DNA of 64,000 nucleotides from an uncultured delta proteobacterium (lineage in GTDB: Bacteria > Myxococcota_A > Polyangia > Polyangiales > Polyangiaceae), in the NCBI GenBank assembly GCA_963716725.1, contig CAVQUB010000002.1, positions 384,001 to 448,000 on the forward strand. The letters run 5' to 3'. Shown here piece after piece: positions 19,334 through 30,168 of the stretch (within the stretch, counting starts at the first letter, position 1; every line of letters starts with the position of its first letter). Below the pieces are notes generated by a model. The model made no database searches. It was not told where the DNA came from and saw only the letters and a list, made by a program, of their open reading frames with translations. The position numbers and the translations under genes were made by a program.

Positions 19334-19957
19334 TCAGTCCGGGAACTGCATCACGGTCTTGCTGGACCGGGGATCCGAGTCAGCCGCCACCCGCAGCCCC
19401 AGCACGCGCGGATCGCTGCGCTCTAGACTGAAGACCAGGAGTTCGAACGCCCGGTACACGACGTCCTCGACTTTCAGCGTCCGCTGCCCCGCCTTCGGCG
19501 TCACCCGAGCCAGCTGCCAATCGCTCCGCCCCACTCGCTCCAGGGTGCAGACCGGCAGGCTGATCATGCGATGGTGTCGGCGCAGCGATCCGTCGGGCGC
19601 CGGCCATTGCGCCACGTGCACGTGGACGTGCGACCCCGACGCGTGGTGCGAATAGAGGTAGACGATGGAGTCGCCGAGTCGAAGCTCGAGGATGCGCAGC
19701 GCGGCGAGGCCGGTGCTGGCCTCGAGCTTCTGCAGGTTCTGCACGACCTTGATGCTGCGACCCGTCGATCCGATGAACGCCTTCGCCCGAGCGTCGACCT
19801 CTTCCATCACCCGAGTCCACATCGAGTCGAGGGCGGCCTCGGCCCACACTTCTTGATCGCGCCGGGCCTCATCGGCCTCGCGCTTCCGACGTTCCGCCTC
19901 GAGGCGATCGGACTCGATGCGCCGCATGCGGGTGAACAGCTCGTCCCAGCGCGACAA
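19334..19957 (-). CDS. hypothetical protein
   Basis: AGGAG SD before the TTG start and TGCTAGGCT extended -10 upstream; N-terminal coiled coil followed by a beta-rich domain. Confidence 0.65.
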   Translation of the reverse strand: MSRWDELFTRMRRIESDRLEAERRKREADEARRDQEVWAEAALDSMWTRVMEEVDARAKAFIGSTGRSIKVVQNLQKLEASTGLAALRILELRLGDSIVYLYSHHASGSHVHVHVAQWPAPDGSLRRHHRMISLPVCTLERVGRSDWQLARVTPKAGQRTLKVEDVVYRAFELLVFSLERSDPRVLGLRVAADSDPRSSKTVMQFPD

Positions 19958-20015
19958 ATGCCTACTCCTAGTCTGCTACGAGCCTAGCACGACAAAGCTT
20001 CCCGGACGCGCCCCG

Positions 20016-20615
20016 ATGACTATGCTCGGCTCCCCAGTGACCCTGCGTGACACCCTCGAAGGCCTCTTGGACGACGCGCGCGACTGGTCCGAGTCGCGCT
20101 CCCCCTGGGCGCGGCTGCCGCTCTTGGCATACCTGGTGTACGCCGGGGTGCGCCACCTGATCGATCCCATGTACCGCTCGTGGTTCGCCGGCCTCACGCT
20201 GGTCTTGCACGAGATGGGACACCTCTTTTTCAGCGCGTTCGGGCAGACCCTGATGCTGCTCGGCGGGAGCATCACTCAGCTGGCGGTCCCGGCGCTGGTC
20301 GCGGTCTACCTGCTGTTCTTCCAGCGCGATTGGTTCGGTCTGGTGGTCGGCGTATCGTGGCTCTGCTTCAGTACCTTCGAGCTTGCCACCTACGTCGACG
20401 ACGCCAACAAGAACCAGTTGGCCCTGGTGGGCTTCGGCGACAAGGTGCTTCACGACTGGGACACGCTGCTCACCCAGTGGCACCTGCTCAACCACTGCGG
20501 CACCTTCGCCTTCATCCTGCGCGCGCTGGCCACCGTGACGATGTTCGCTGCCCTCGGCTTTGGCGGCTGGCTCCTGGTCCGGATGTTCCGATCCGGGAAG
20601 GTTCCGGTGGACTAG
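20016..20615 (+). CDS. membrane protein with HExxH (M50-like)
   Basis: LHEMGH inside hydrophobic segments; GGS..Q; HDW motif. Confidence 0.72.
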   Translation: MTMLGSPVTLRDTLEGLLDDARDWSESRSPWARLPLLAYLVYAGVRHLIDPMYRSWFAGLTLVLHEMGHLFFSAFGQTLMLLGGSITQLAVPALVAVYLLFFQRDWFGLVVGVSWLCFSTFELATYVDDANKNQLALVGFGDKVLHDWDTLLTQWHLLNHCGTFAFILRALATVTMFAALGFGGWLLVRMFRSGKVPVD

Positions 20616-20640
20616 CTCTGCTAGTGTCCCACCCCTCGTT

Positions 20641-20723
20641 GGCCCCTTGGCGGAATGGCAGACGCAGGGGACTTAAAATCCTCAGCCCGTAAGGGCGTCC
20701 GAGTTCGAGTCTCGGAGGGGCCA
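20641..20723 (+). tRNA. tRNA-Leu (anticodon TAA)
   Basis: Acceptor stem GGCCCCT/AGGGGCC plus discriminator A; D-loop GGAATGGCAGA; anticodon arm GGGGA-CTTAAAA-TCCTC; long variable arm; T-loop GTTCGAGTC; CCA not encoded. Confidence 0.96.
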
Positions 20724-20734
20724 CTAGGAGCTGC

Positions 20735-21631
20735 TCAATCGAAGGTCACGCCTAGCGAGAATCGGCCGATGATGTCGGCGGGGAACAGCGGACCGTTCAG
20801 ATCGACGATGTCTTGCAGGCCGCGGTCGCGGGCGATCAGCAGCTGACTGTCACATTTGTCGGTCGTGACCTGGCCCACCGAGGTCGCGCCCTCGGGGAAG
20901 CAGCGCTCTTGTTTGTTCAGGTGGAGGCCGAGCCCGATGCCGCCGGAGATAGTGAATGCTCCCCAACGCGAGTGCGATCCGAACATGAAGAAGGCTTCGC
21001 GCTCGGTAACCTCGACTTGGTCGATGGTGCCCGCGTCGTCTTCGGTCCGGTACTCGTACCCGTAGTTGGTCAGACCCGCGCGGATGACGTAGCCGCGGAA
21101 GACCTCACCGCCGAGCCAGAAGCCGACGTCGATGGACGCACCGCTGATGGGGCCGACGCCGTTGGACTTCTGCAGCACGTCGGTGGACCCGCGGAAGTTC
21201 AGCGTCGGCGGCTTCTCGCTGACCACGAAGACCGGCACCAGCTCGACCGAGAGGAAGTCGAGGATCCCGATCTCCAGCTCGAGCCCGAGCCGCCCCTCGA
21301 TCAACCAGTTGAAGGGATCGATGCGCGCGGACCACGGCGGCATCTCGAAGCCCCCACTGGGTTTCTGGGGCGGAGGGGGGGGCGGCGCGCTGGAGTAGTC
21401 GAGCGGCGGCAGGTTGGGATCGGATCCGCTGGGCGGACCTGCGGCGGTCGGCGGCGCGGCCTGGGGGGGCTCGGGCTCGGGCGTCGGCTCGGGCGGGGGC
21501 GTCGGCTCGTCCGCCGGCGGCGGCTCCGCAGGCGTTGGGGGCTGAGCGGTAGGTGGCGGATCTTGGGCGAAGGCCGCGGTCGGAAAGCAGAACGCGGCCG
21601 CAAGAAGCCAGGGGCTGGTGGCACGTTGCAC
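20735..21631 (-). CDS. putative outer-membrane beta-barrel protein with a Pro-rich N-terminus
   Basis: Signal peptide ending AAFA; alternating beta strands; ends FSLGVTFD. Confidence 0.65.
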   Translation of the reverse strand: MQRATSPWLLAAAFCFPTAAFAQDPPPTAQPPTPAEPPPADEPTPPPEPTPEPEPPQAAPPTAAGPPSGSDPNLPPLDYSSAPPPPPPQKPSGGFEMPPWSARIDPFNWLIEGRLGLELEIGILDFLSVELVPVFVVSEKPPTLNFRGSTDVLQKSNGVGPISGASIDVGFWLGGEVFRGYVIRAGLTNYGYEYRTEDDAGTIDQVEVTEREAFFMFGSHSRWGAFTISGGIGLGLHLNKQERCFPEGATSVGQVTTDKCDSQLLIARDRGLQDIVDLNGPLFPADIIGRFSLGVTFD

Positions 21632-21702
21632 GGCTCTCGCATAGAGCCGCCGGGCGCCGAGTGGAAGCCGGGACCCGCTTTGCCCTTGGAACCCGCGCCT
21701 GG

Positions 21703-23103
21703 TCAGAACTCGGCGTTGCCCGGCGTGCGCGGATACGGGATGGCGTCGCGGATGTTCGCGAGCCCGCAGACGTAGACCACCAATCGCTCGAGGCCGAGAC
21801 CGAAGCCGGCGTGGGGCACCGTGCCGTACCGCCGGAGGTCACGGTACCACTGGTACGAAGCCTGGTTCAGGTGGGACTCGCCCATGCGCCGGTCGAGCAC
21901 GTCGAGCCGCTCTTCGCGCTGTGAGCCGCCGATGATCTCGCCGATGCCGGGCGCGAGCACGTCCATGGCCGCGACCGTCTTTTCGTCGTCGTTGAGCCGC
22001 ATGTAGAACGCCTTGATCTGCGCGGGATAGTTCATGACCACCACGGGGCACTTGAAATGCTGCTCGGTGAGGAATCGCTCATGCTCGGTTTGCAGGTCCA
22101 CGCCCCAGCTCACGGGGAACTCGAACTTCTTGCCGCTCTTCTCGAGCAACTTCACCGCGTCGCCGTAGTCGACGCGTGCAAACGAGGCTTCCACGAACTT
22201 CTCGAGGCGCTCGATGGCAGCCTTGTCCACGCGTTCGACGAAGAACGCCAGGTCATCGCTGCGCTCGTCGAGGACGGCGCGGAACACGTACTTCAGAAAG
22301 GCCTCAGCCAGATCTGCATCGTCGTTCAGATCCGCAAAGGCGATCTCCGGCTCGACCATCCAGAACTCGGCCAGATGGCGCGGAGTATTGGAATTCTCAG
22401 CGCGGAACGTGGGCCCGAAGGTGTAGACCTTGCTGAGCGCCAAGCAGTAGGCCTCGACCGCGAGCTGGCCGGAGACCGTCAGGAACGCCTCTTTGCCGAA
22501 GAAGTCCTGGTTGAAGTCGATCTTGCCACCAGCGCCGCGGGGCAGGTTCTCCAGATCCAGGGTGGACACACGGAACATCTGGCCGGCGCCCTCGCAGTCG
22601 CTGGCGGTGATGATGGGCGTGTTCACCCAGTAGAACCCCCGCTCATGAAAGAAGCGATGGATCGCCTGCGCGACCGAGTGGCGCACGCGGGAGACCGCGC
22701 CGAAGGTGTTGGTCCGCGGTCGAAGGTGCGCGACTTCGCGCAGGTACTCCATGCTGTGGGCCTTCGGCTGAATGGGATAGGTCTCCGGGTCGTCCACGAA
22801 GCCCAGCACCTGGACCGAGTTGGCCTGGATCTCGAAGGACTGTCCCTTGCCCTGGGAGCGCACCAGCTTGCCCGTGCACACCACCGCGCAGCCCGGACCG
22901 AGCCGCTGCACCTCACTCTGGTAGTTCGAGAGCGCTTGATCGGCGACGACCTGAATGGGAGCGAAGCAGGAGCCGTCGCTGACGTGAATGAAGGACAGCC
23001 CTGCTTTGCTGTCGCGGCGCGTTCGCACCCAGCCGCGGACCGTTACGTCGTGCGCTTCCGCACCGGCGCCCGAGAGCGCTTGTTTCACCGAATGGACCAG
23101 CAT
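21703..23103 (-). CDS. asnS: asparagine--tRNA ligase
   Basis: [44 protein letters not shown] and GFGLGLER motifs; AAGGAG SD. Confidence 0.98.
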   Translation of the reverse strand: MLVHSVKQALSGAGAEAHDVTVRGWVRTRRDSKAGLSFIHVSDGSCFAPIQVVADQALSNYQSEVQRLGPGCAVVCTGKLVRSQGKGQSFEIQANSVQVLGFVDDPETYPIQPKAHSMEYLREVAHLRPRTNTFGAVSRVRHSVAQAIHRFFHERGFYWVNTPIITASDCEGAGQMFRVSTLDLENLPRGAGGKIDFNQDFFGKEAFLTVSGQLAVEAYCLALSKVYTFGPTFRAENSNTPRHLAEFWMVEPEIAFADLNDDADLAEAFLKYVFRAVLDERSDDLAFFVERVDKAAIERLEKFVEASFARVDYGDAVKLLEKSGKKFEFPVSWGVDLQTEHERFLTEQHFKCPVVVMNYPAQIKAFYMRLNDDEKTVAAMDVLAPGIGEIIGGSQREERLDVLDRRMGESHLNQASYQWYRDLRRYGTVPHAGFGLGLERLVVYVCGLANIRDAIPYPRTPGNAEF

Positions 23104-23185
23104 CGTCGTCGCTCCTTGGCAGCGGGCGCGGATGATACCGAATCGTGGTGGTTCGGCCAGGGGAACGCGGTATCGTCGGATCGCC

Positions 23186-24124
23186 ATGCGCTTCCTCCTC
23201 GTCGTATTCGCCGCCACTTGCTCCCTTGCGTGCAGCTCGAGCGACGACGACTCGGGCAAGAGCGCTAGCGGGGGCGCCGGGGGCGCCGGCCCGTGGCGCG
23301 CCGAGGCGCCGCTGCCGGCAGCCGTCGCGCAGCTGTCGGGCACCGAGGCCGGCGGCAAGATTTGGGTCGCCGGCGGCGTCGCGGGCGGCGTCACTCAGAA
23401 AGTGTACAGCTACGATCCCTCGACCACCGCCTGGACGGCAGGCCCCGACTTGCCCGTCCCGCGACAGTTGGCCGCAATGGGCAGCGTTGGCGGGACTGTC
23501 TACGCGGTCGGCGGCTTCTCCGACGTGGATGCGTCGCCCACGGACTCGACCTACCTGCTCGAGCCCGGGGCGAGCGCCTGGACGAAGGTCGCGTCCCTGC
23601 TGCTCAATCGCGCCGGCGCGTTTGCAGCGGACATCGACGGTAAGCTGCACCTCGTGGCGGGCCAGGGGGATTCGCACCTCTTGGCGGACACGGTCGCCTT
23701 CGACGCCGCCGCGAATAGCTGGGCCGTCAAGGCGCCCATCCCGAATCCGCGGCTTCGCTTCGCCGGCTTCGTGCTCTCGGGCTGGATCTTCGCGGTGGGC
23801 GGCACCACCGAGAGCGGCGGCGTCACCAACCAGGTCGACGTCTACGAGCCGAAGGGTAACGTTTGGACCAACGTGGAGGAGTTCCCGGCGCCCCGAGACG
23901 GACTCGGCGCGGCCGTCGTGGCTGGCAAGGCCTACGTCGTCGGCGGCGACTCGGCGGGGACCATGGACGTGTACGACGGCAGCTCGTGGTCGAGCGGGCC
24001 CCCGCTCGCCACGCCCCGCATCGGTGCCGCGGTGGTAGCGGCACAGGGCCGCGTCTACGTCATCGGCGGCGCTCCCGCAGGCGGGGGAGAGCCGACCAAC
24101 GTCGTGGAATCGTACGCGCCGTAG
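23186..24124 (+). CDS. Kelch-repeat beta-propeller lipoprotein
   Basis: Lipobox SLAC; repeated +Y++GG...YDP...W Kelch units. Confidence 0.9.
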   Translation: MRFLLVVFAATCSLACSSSDDDSGKSASGGAGGAGPWRAEAPLPAAVAQLSGTEAGGKIWVAGGVAGGVTQKVYSYDPSTTAWTAGPDLPVPRQLAAMGSVGGTVYAVGGFSDVDASPTDSTYLLEPGASAWTKVASLLLNRAGAFAADIDGKLHLVAGQGDSHLLADTVAFDAAANSWAVKAPIPNPRLRFAGFVLSGWIFAVGGTTESGGVTNQVDVYEPKGNVWTNVEEFPAPRDGLGAAVVAGKAYVVGGDSAGTMDVYDGSSWSSGPPLATPRIGAAVVAAQGRVYVIGGAPAGGGEPTNVVESYAP

Positions 24125-24207
24125 GGGTCAGCCGCGCGCCGCGCAATCGACCCCGACCCCCCGACCCGACCCCCCTCAGCCCATCCCGAACTCCCGGGGA
24201 ACCCGAA

Positions 24208-24804
24208 ATGAAGCTCATCGCACTCAATTGCAACCACTGCGGAGCGACGCTCGAGGTCCGCGATGAAACGAATTTCGTCACCTGCAAGCACTGCGACACG
24301 CAGCTCGCGATTCATCGCGAAGACGGCGCCGCATATACGGCCCTCGCCGAGGCCACGAAACGCGTCGAGCAGCAGACCGAAGCGCTCGCCGACCAAGTCG
24401 AAGATCTCTCGGACCAGAACGCCAGACTCATCCTGCAAGGCGAGCTGACCCAGCTCGACCGCGAATGGGAGAACCGGCGACAAGGCCTGATGACCAAGGA
24501 CAAGCGCGGGCAGCTCGTCGTCGCCACGCGCGGACAGGCCTTCACGCTCGCCGCTCTCGCGCCCCTGATCCTGCTTCCGCTCGCGGCGCCGCTGCTCGCG
24601 GGATCCAGCTTCGAGATGCCAGGATTCGCCTGGATCTTGGTCGCGTTCGTGGCCGCCGTCTTCTACGCAGCGATGAAGCTGCACGCCAAGGCCGTCCACT
24701 ACGAGAAGGCCCTGGCGGCTCATGACGCCGATCGCGAAGCTATCCTGTCGAAGCTGGGCGCCCTGCACGACAGGCGGCCCAAGAGAAAGAAGAGGCGCCG
24801 CTGA
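24208..24804 (+). CDS. zinc-ribbon / coiled-coil / 2-TM membrane protein
   Basis: CNHC..CKHC, heptad segment, two hydrophobic helices, basic tail. Confidence 0.75.
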   Translation: MKLIALNCNHCGATLEVRDETNFVTCKHCDTQLAIHREDGAAYTALAEATKRVEQQTEALADQVEDLSDQNARLILQGELTQLDREWENRRQGLMTKDKRGQLVVATRGQAFTLAALAPLILLPLAAPLLAGSSFEMPGFAWILVAFVAAVFYAAMKLHAKAVHYEKALAAHDADREAILSKLGALHDRRPKRKKRRR

Positions 24805-24825
24805 TGTGGGGGCACGTCCCCCGCT

Positions 24826-25344
24826 TCAGCCCTCGACCACGCGCACGCGGTTCATCTTCACCGGCGTGAGCGGGCGGTCGCCAGCATCGGTCTTCGTGCT
24901 CTCGATCTTCTTGACCACGTCCATGCCCGACACGACCTTGCCGAAGACCGGGTGCTTCGACGCACCCGGCGAGAACCAATCCAGATAGGAGTTGTGCACG
25001 GTGTTGACGAAGAACTGACAGCTGCCTGAGTTCGGCCGCCCGGTGTTGGCCATCGACAGCGTGCCCGGCTCGTTCGAAAGCTTCACGTTCGGGGGATGCT
25101 CGTCTTGGATGGTTCCGTTGGGGCTGTCACCGGTCCCCGCACGGGGGCTCGCCGGGTCTTTGCTGTGCGGACAGCCGAACTGCAGCATGAAGCCATTGAT
25201 GACTCGGTGAAAATGCAGGCCGTCGTAGAAGCCGCTCTTGGCGAGCTTCACGAAATTGTTGGCAGAGATGGGCATCTGGTCGGTGAAGAGCTCGACCGTG
25301 ATATCGCCCAGGCTCGTCTCGAGAACTGCGGTGGGATTCGCCAT
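24826..25344 (-). CDS. cyclophilin-type peptidyl-prolyl isomerase
   Basis: [26 protein letters not shown] and HPVFGKV motifs. Confidence 0.95.
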   Translation of the reverse strand: MANPTAVLETSLGDITVELFTDQMPISANNFVKLAKSGFYDGLHFHRVINGFMLQFGCPHSKDPASPRAGTGDSPNGTIQDEHPPNVKLSNEPGTLSMANTGRPNSGSCQFFVNTVHNSYLDWFSPGASKHPVFGKVVSGMDVVKKIESTKTDAGDRPLTPVKMNRVRVVEG

Positions 25345-25542
25345 GGTGGCGGCACGTTAGGGCATGTCTCGACTCGATGGAAGCGAGCCCAATGCACCAG
25401 CCGCGGAGGCTGAGAATCCCGCGCCGGCGGCGAGCGCCCGCGGTCGAGTCGCCCATCGAGCCGGAATTGCGCGGGGCTTTGCCCCGAGGGGTCGCCGGAT
25501 CGCGCTCCCTCGACTACGCTTGGTGTAGAGGAGGAAACCCCC

Positions 25543-26067
25543 ATGGAAGACTATCTCGACGACGAGCTCAGTATCATGTTGGAGCGCGCCGACCAGGGCG
25601 CCGTGCTCGACGCGGAGGTCTTCGAGCAGCCGTTACGCGTGCTCTGCGGCAAGCCCGCCATGACCGTGAACACCGACGCAACGGTGGAACGAGCGGTGGC
25701 GCTGATGCGCGAGAAGCGCTTCGGTGCGGTCTTGGTCACCGAGAACGGCAAGCTGGTAGGCATCGTCACCGAACGTGATCTGATGATGAAGGTCGGTCTC
25801 GACGGCGAGAGCTGGCGTCGCCTCCCGGTGACGGCGCTGATGACTCCAAACCCCGACGCGCTCCGCCTGGACGACGCGGTGAAATTCGTGATGAACCACA
25901 TGCAGGTCGGTGGCTACCGACACGTCCCCGTCGTCAACGAGCGCGGCGAGCCCCTGCACGTCATCTCGCTCCGAGACGTCGCTCGATTCGTCTTCGACCA
26001 GTTCCCCAAGCTGGTCAGCAACATCCCTTCCCGGCCGTCCCGCGGCGCACCGCCCTGGGGCGGTTGA
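25543..26067 (+). CDS. CBS-pair protein
   Basis: GIVTERDL, MTPNP and YRHVPVV motifs; GAGGAG SD; one TTA codon at 25633. Confidence 0.9.
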   Translation: MEDYLDDELSIMLERADQGAVLDAEVFEQPLRVLCGKPAMTVNTDATVERAVALMREKRFGAVLVTENGKLVGIVTERDLMMKVGLDGESWRRLPVTALMTPNPDALRLDDAVKFVMNHMQVGGYRHVPVVNERGEPLHVISLRDVARFVFDQFPKLVSNIPSRPSRGAPPWGG

Positions 26068-26147
26068 AGGCTCGCGGCCTCCGCCTTGTTGGGCCATCGG
26101 CGCGATCGGGGTGTAGCCTGCGGCTGGCGCGCGGCCGGAGTCCGTCG

Positions 26148-26549
26148 ATGAAGCATGCTCTGATCACCCTTGCCTTGGCCTTCTGCCTCGTGGGCTGCCA
26201 GGACGAGGAGAAGTGCGAGCGGGCCCGCATGGCCACCGCGAACGAGTGGGAGAAGATCCGGCACGAGGCCGGTCGGTTCAAATTCCAGGGCGCGGCCGGC
26301 TACGAAGAAATGAACGCTTCCCAGAAGACGATGCACCTCGAGACCTTCACCTTGGTCGAGCAGCAAGCTCAGCTCGTGTTCGAGTCCTTCGCTTTCAAGC
26401 GGATCTCCTGGAGCACCGGCACCAAAGCGCGCGACCGCGCGGTCAAGGAGTTCAACGGTTACTTCGAGAAGGAAAAGTACGTCGGCTTCAAGGGCCTGCT
26501 CGACTCGGCGCAGAAGCGCTTCAGCGAGGCCGAAGCGGCCTGCCGGTGA
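26148..26549 (+). CDS. small helical lipoprotein
   Basis: MKHALITLALAFCLVGC lipobox. Confidence 0.7.
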   Translation: MKHALITLALAFCLVGCQDEEKCERARMATANEWEKIRHEAGRFKFQGAAGYEEMNASQKTMHLETFTLVEQQAQLVFESFAFKRISWSTGTKARDRAVKEFNGYFEKEKYVGFKGLLDSAQKRFSEAEAACR

Positions 26550-27493
26550 GCGCCCGGATCGCCGCCACCGCCGTCGGGCTGCTCAGCGTCTGCTCCGGGT
26601 GCGACGACGTCCGACCTGCGGGGCGCCCCGCGCCCATCTCTCTGGTGGACGTGCAACCCGCCCCGCCGCCGCTCCGGGAGTGCCGGTTCGAACCCGTGAC
26701 TCGCCCTAGCGCGCGCGCCGAGTCCGGATCTGACATGTGCTTCACCGCCGGAGGAGCCGAGCCCTGGTGGACGCGCTATCGCGCGGACGCCGAGCCGCCG
26801 CCCGTGGTCGCCGGTGAAGACGGCAGCTCGCCCCCGCCGCCCCCGCCGCCATGCCCCTCCGAAATGGTGCTGGTCGACGGCATGTACTGCCCCGACGTGC
26901 GCCATCGCTGCCTCCGGTACCTGGACGACGGCGTCCCCGGCGCGTTCTTGAGCCATCACCGCTGCGCGGTCTTCGACAAGGCTCCGCAGTGCCTGGCGGC
27001 GCGCGAGAATCGTCGCTTCTGCATCGACCGCGACGAGTACGTGCCTTCGGGCGGCGAGATGCCCCTCGTCGACCAGTCTTGGACGATGGCGAAAGACCTA
27101 TGTGAGAGCTTCGGCAAACGGCTCTGCTTCGAGTCCGAGTGGCAGTTCGCGTGCCAGGGAGAGGAGCTGCGCCCCTACCCCTACGGCTTCGAGCGCAACG
27201 CCAAGCTCTGCAACCACGATCTCGGCAATCTCGAGTATCGCGGCAAGCTACGGGACAAACGCGTACGCCCCGGGGACCGCCCCGAGTGCGTGAGCCCCTT
27301 TGGCGTCCGGAACTTGGTCGGCAACATCGACGAGTGGACGGTTCGCGACGGCATGCACAAACCGTGGCGCTCGTCCCTGCGGGGCGGCTGGTGGCTGGCC
27401 GGACGCAACAACTGCATCGCGGCCACCACTGGGCACGACGAGTACTACTTCGGCGCGCAGACTGGCGTTCGCTGCTGTTCGAACGCGCTCTGA
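26546..27493 (+). CDS. SUMF1/FGE-sulfatase domain lipoprotein
   Basis: CPSEMVLVDG, FCIDRDEY, GKRLC.ESEW..AC, SPFGV.NLVGNIDEW, RGGWW and GVRCC motifs; GTGA overlap with the upstream gene. Confidence 0.85.
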   Translation: MSARIAATAVGLLSVCSGCDDVRPAGRPAPISLVDVQPAPPPLRECRFEPVTRPSARAESGSDMCFTAGGAEPWWTRYRADAEPPPVVAGEDGSSPPPPPPPCPSEMVLVDGMYCPDVRHRCLRYLDDGVPGAFLSHHRCAVFDKAPQCLAARENRRFCIDRDEYVPSGGEMPLVDQSWTMAKDLCESFGKRLCFESEWQFACQGEELRPYPYGFERNAKLCNHDLGNLEYRGKLRDKRVRPGDRPECVSPFGVRNLVGNIDEWTVRDGMHKPWRSSLRGGWWLAGRNNCIAATTGHDEYYFGAQTGVRCCSNAL

Positions 27494-27581
27494 AGCGCCT
27501 GCCGGGGCGCACCTGCACTCGGGCGGTGCCGCCGGCCAGATTGACGGCAGACGGAAGATCTGGAAACAAGGAACGAATACC

Positions 27582-28775
27582 ATGCGAACGAAGCCCCTCG
27601 CCCTCTCCCTGCTCGCCCTGGTGCCGATGGCGTTCGCTGCCGGCTGCAGCGCGAGCGACGACCACGACGAGACCCCGGGGCCGAACGACATCAGCGCGTG
27701 GGAAGACGCCTACGAGCAGAACGAGATGGGCAAGGCGGACTCGAGCGGCTGCTCCGGCGTCGTGGTGCCGGACAAGGGCGGCTTCGCCAAGCGCGTGGCG
27801 CTGACTTTCGACGACGGCCCCAACCCCGAAACCACGCCCAAGGTGCTCGATGCGCTCAAGGCGCGGGGCATCAAGGCCACCTTCTTCATCAACGGCAAGC
27901 GCGTGACCAACGCGGCGGCGCAGGGCGTACTCGCGCGGATCCTGGGCGAAGGCCACATCTTGGCCAACCACACCCAGGGACACCTGAACCTGAAGACCGT
28001 CAGCACGACCAAGGTCAACGATGAGGTCAAGAAGACCCACGATGTGATCCTGGCCGCCGGGGCGACCCCACGCTACTTCCGCTTTCCATTCGGCTCCGCG
28101 ACCTGCGCCGCCATCGACATCGTCGAGGGCTATGGCTACGCGGTCTCCGGCTGGCACATCGACTCAGCGGATTGGTGTTACGCCGCCTCGAACTCCGGAT
28201 ACTGCTCACCTTCGACCTTCCGCTACGTGCCGGACGGTTTCCGCAACGACATGGTCGGCTACGTGATGAGCCAGGTGAAGAGCAAGAACGGCGGCATCCT
28301 GCTGTTCCACGACATCCACCAAAACACCGCGTCTCACGTCCCGGAGATCATCGAGAAGCTCGCCGCCGGCGGCTACACCTTCGTGAATTTGGACGACACC
28401 GGCGCGTTCCCGCTGCTCAACGGCGCCACGCCCGTTCCGACGCCCTTCGTCGGCGACCCCTGCAAGAGCGACACGGAGTGCAACTTCAGCGACGGAGCCA
28501 AGAACGGCAGCTGCCACCTCTTCACCCCCAGTACCGGAGGCGAGGTCGGTTTCTGCACGATTGCCTGCGACGGCTATTGCCCGGACAAGGGCGGCAAGGC
28601 GCCGACCTTCTGCACGAGCCTCGACGGAGGCACCAGCGGAAGCTGCGTCTCGAAATCCGACGCTCAGAACGGCAACTGCAGCAAGCTCCTGGGCACCGCT
28701 GCCGCCTCCGCCAGCCGCTTCATCGGCTCCTCGAGCGCGTCCCCCTCGACAGCCCAGGCCTGCCTGCCACAATAG
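27582..28775 (+). CDS. polysaccharide deacetylase (CE4/NodB) lipoprotein with a Cys-rich C-terminal domain
   Basis: ALTFDDGP, NHTQGH, FRFPFG, DW and LFHD catalytic motifs intact; lipobox AAGC. Confidence 0.9.
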   Translation: MRTKPLALSLLALVPMAFAAGCSASDDHDETPGPNDISAWEDAYEQNEMGKADSSGCSGVVVPDKGGFAKRVALTFDDGPNPETTPKVLDALKARGIKATFFINGKRVTNAAAQGVLARILGEGHILANHTQGHLNLKTVSTTKVNDEVKKTHDVILAAGATPRYFRFPFGSATCAAIDIVEGYGYAVSGWHIDSADWCYAASNSGYCSPSTFRYVPDGFRNDMVGYVMSQVKSKNGGILLFHDIHQNTASHVPEIIEKLAAGGYTFVNLDDTGAFPLLNGATPVPTPFVGDPCKSDTECNFSDGAKNGSCHLFTPSTGGEVGFCTIACDGYCPDKGGKAPTFCTSLDGGTSGSCVSKSDAQNGNCSKLLGTAAASASRFIGSSSASPSTAQACLPQ

Positions 28776-28781
28776 CGCCGC

Positions 28782-30164
28782 ATGCGCGCCGCCATCGCGA
28801 GCCTCCTGGTAATCGGGACGTTCTTCGCCTGCTCCTCCAGCGAGGAAGACGAGGGCGCGACCGGCGGGTGGGCGCCGGGAACGGTGTTCTCTACGCCACG
28901 TGAGCCGACCGCCCGGGGCTTTCTCGACCGGCGAGGCCTCATCCACGCGCACACCGTGCACAGCCACGACGCCTGCGACGGAGAGCCCAAGGACGACGCT
29001 GGCGTCGTCAATGCGCCCTGTCTCGACGACTTCCGCGCGGGCTTGTGCGCGACCCGTCACGATTTCGCGATGCTGACCGATCACAACGACTCATTCGGCA
29101 GCACCGAGTATCCCGAGACTCTGCTCTTCGACGCCGGCCGTGGCGACGCCCTGATCGAGCGCGCGGGCTCGCCGGTGGCAAATTGGCTCTCGTGCCCCGA
29201 CGGCAGCAAGCCACTGGTGACCGCCGGAACCGAGTCGGGTTTCATGTCGGTCGGGATCGAACGCCACGTCGCCGCCACCCCCAGCGAGCGCGGCGACATC
29301 TACGGCGCGGAGACCGCAGAGACCATCGCCACGCTGAAGAAGGTCGGCGCCGTCGTCTTGCTTCAGCACACCGAGGACTGGAGCGTCGAGCAAATCAGCG
29401 ATCTGCCCGTCGACGGGTTCGAGATGTACAACCTTCACGCCAACACCGTGATCGGCGCCGGGGCCGCCATCACGCTGATCGGGCGGCTCGACGAGCCGGA
29501 GGCGCTGCCGTTTTCGGATCTGGTCTTCCTGCCCATCTTCAGCGAGGACAAGCGCTACCTCGAGCGTTGGGGCAGCGTGCTGGCGGCGGGGAAGAAACGC
29601 GTCACCACCATGGGCACGGACTGCCATCGGAACACGTTCAAGGACCTGTTGCCCGACGGCGAGCGCATCGACAGCTACCGGCGGATGATGAGCTGGTTCT
29701 CGAATCATCTGCTCGTGACCCCCGACGCCCAGGGCGGCTTTGGCGATCTCGAGCTGAAGGAAGCGCTGACGCAGGGCCGGCTCTACGGCGCCTTCGAGGT
29801 GCTCGGCTTCCCCAAGGGCTTCGATTTCCACGCCCAAGCCGCCGGCGCCATCGTCGAGATGGGCGGCGAGGTCGCGGCCGGCGATTCGCCCGAGCTGCGC
29901 GCGAGCTTGCCCGCAATCGAGGGCCTGGGAAGAAACGTCAAGCGCCCGGACTTCGTGGTGCGGCTGTTGCGTGCAAAGGCCGGGGGGTGGGACGTGGTGC
30001 ACGAGACCGCCGCCGACCTCTCCTACCTGGTCTCCGAGCCCGGCGCCTACCGAGTCGAGGTGCGGATGAAACCACGTCACCTGCTCGGATACCTGGCGAG
30101 CTACGCGGAGCTCGCCGAACGAGACTTCGTCTGGATCTACTCGAATGCGATCTACGTGAAGTGA
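28782..30164 (+). CDS. PHP-domain metallohydrolase lipoprotein
   Basis: HAHTVHSHD, LTDH, E..N and GTDCH motifs; lipobox FFAC. Confidence 0.8.
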   Translation: MRAAIASLLVIGTFFACSSSEEDEGATGGWAPGTVFSTPREPTARGFLDRRGLIHAHTVHSHDACDGEPKDDAGVVNAPCLDDFRAGLCATRHDFAMLTDHNDSFGSTEYPETLLFDAGRGDALIERAGSPVANWLSCPDGSKPLVTAGTESGFMSVGIERHVAATPSERGDIYGAETAETIATLKKVGAVVLLQHTEDWSVEQISDLPVDGFEMYNLHANTVIGAGAAITLIGRLDEPEALPFSDLVFLPIFSEDKRYLERWGSVLAAGKKRVTTMGTDCHRNTFKDLLPDGERIDSYRRMMSWFSNHLLVTPDAQGGFGDLELKEALTQGRLYGAFEVLGFPKGFDFHAQAAGAIVEMGGEVAAGDSPELRASLPAIEGLGRNVKRPDFVVRLLRAKAGGWDVVHETAADLSYLVSEPGAYRVEVRMKPRHLLGYLASYAELAERDFVWIYSNAIYVK

Positions 30165-30168
30165 CGCG

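Noticed and set aside
20600..21700. tRNA as an integration site for an island or prophage
   Set aside because: No integrase, no duplicated tRNA 3' end seen and no obvious compositional shift
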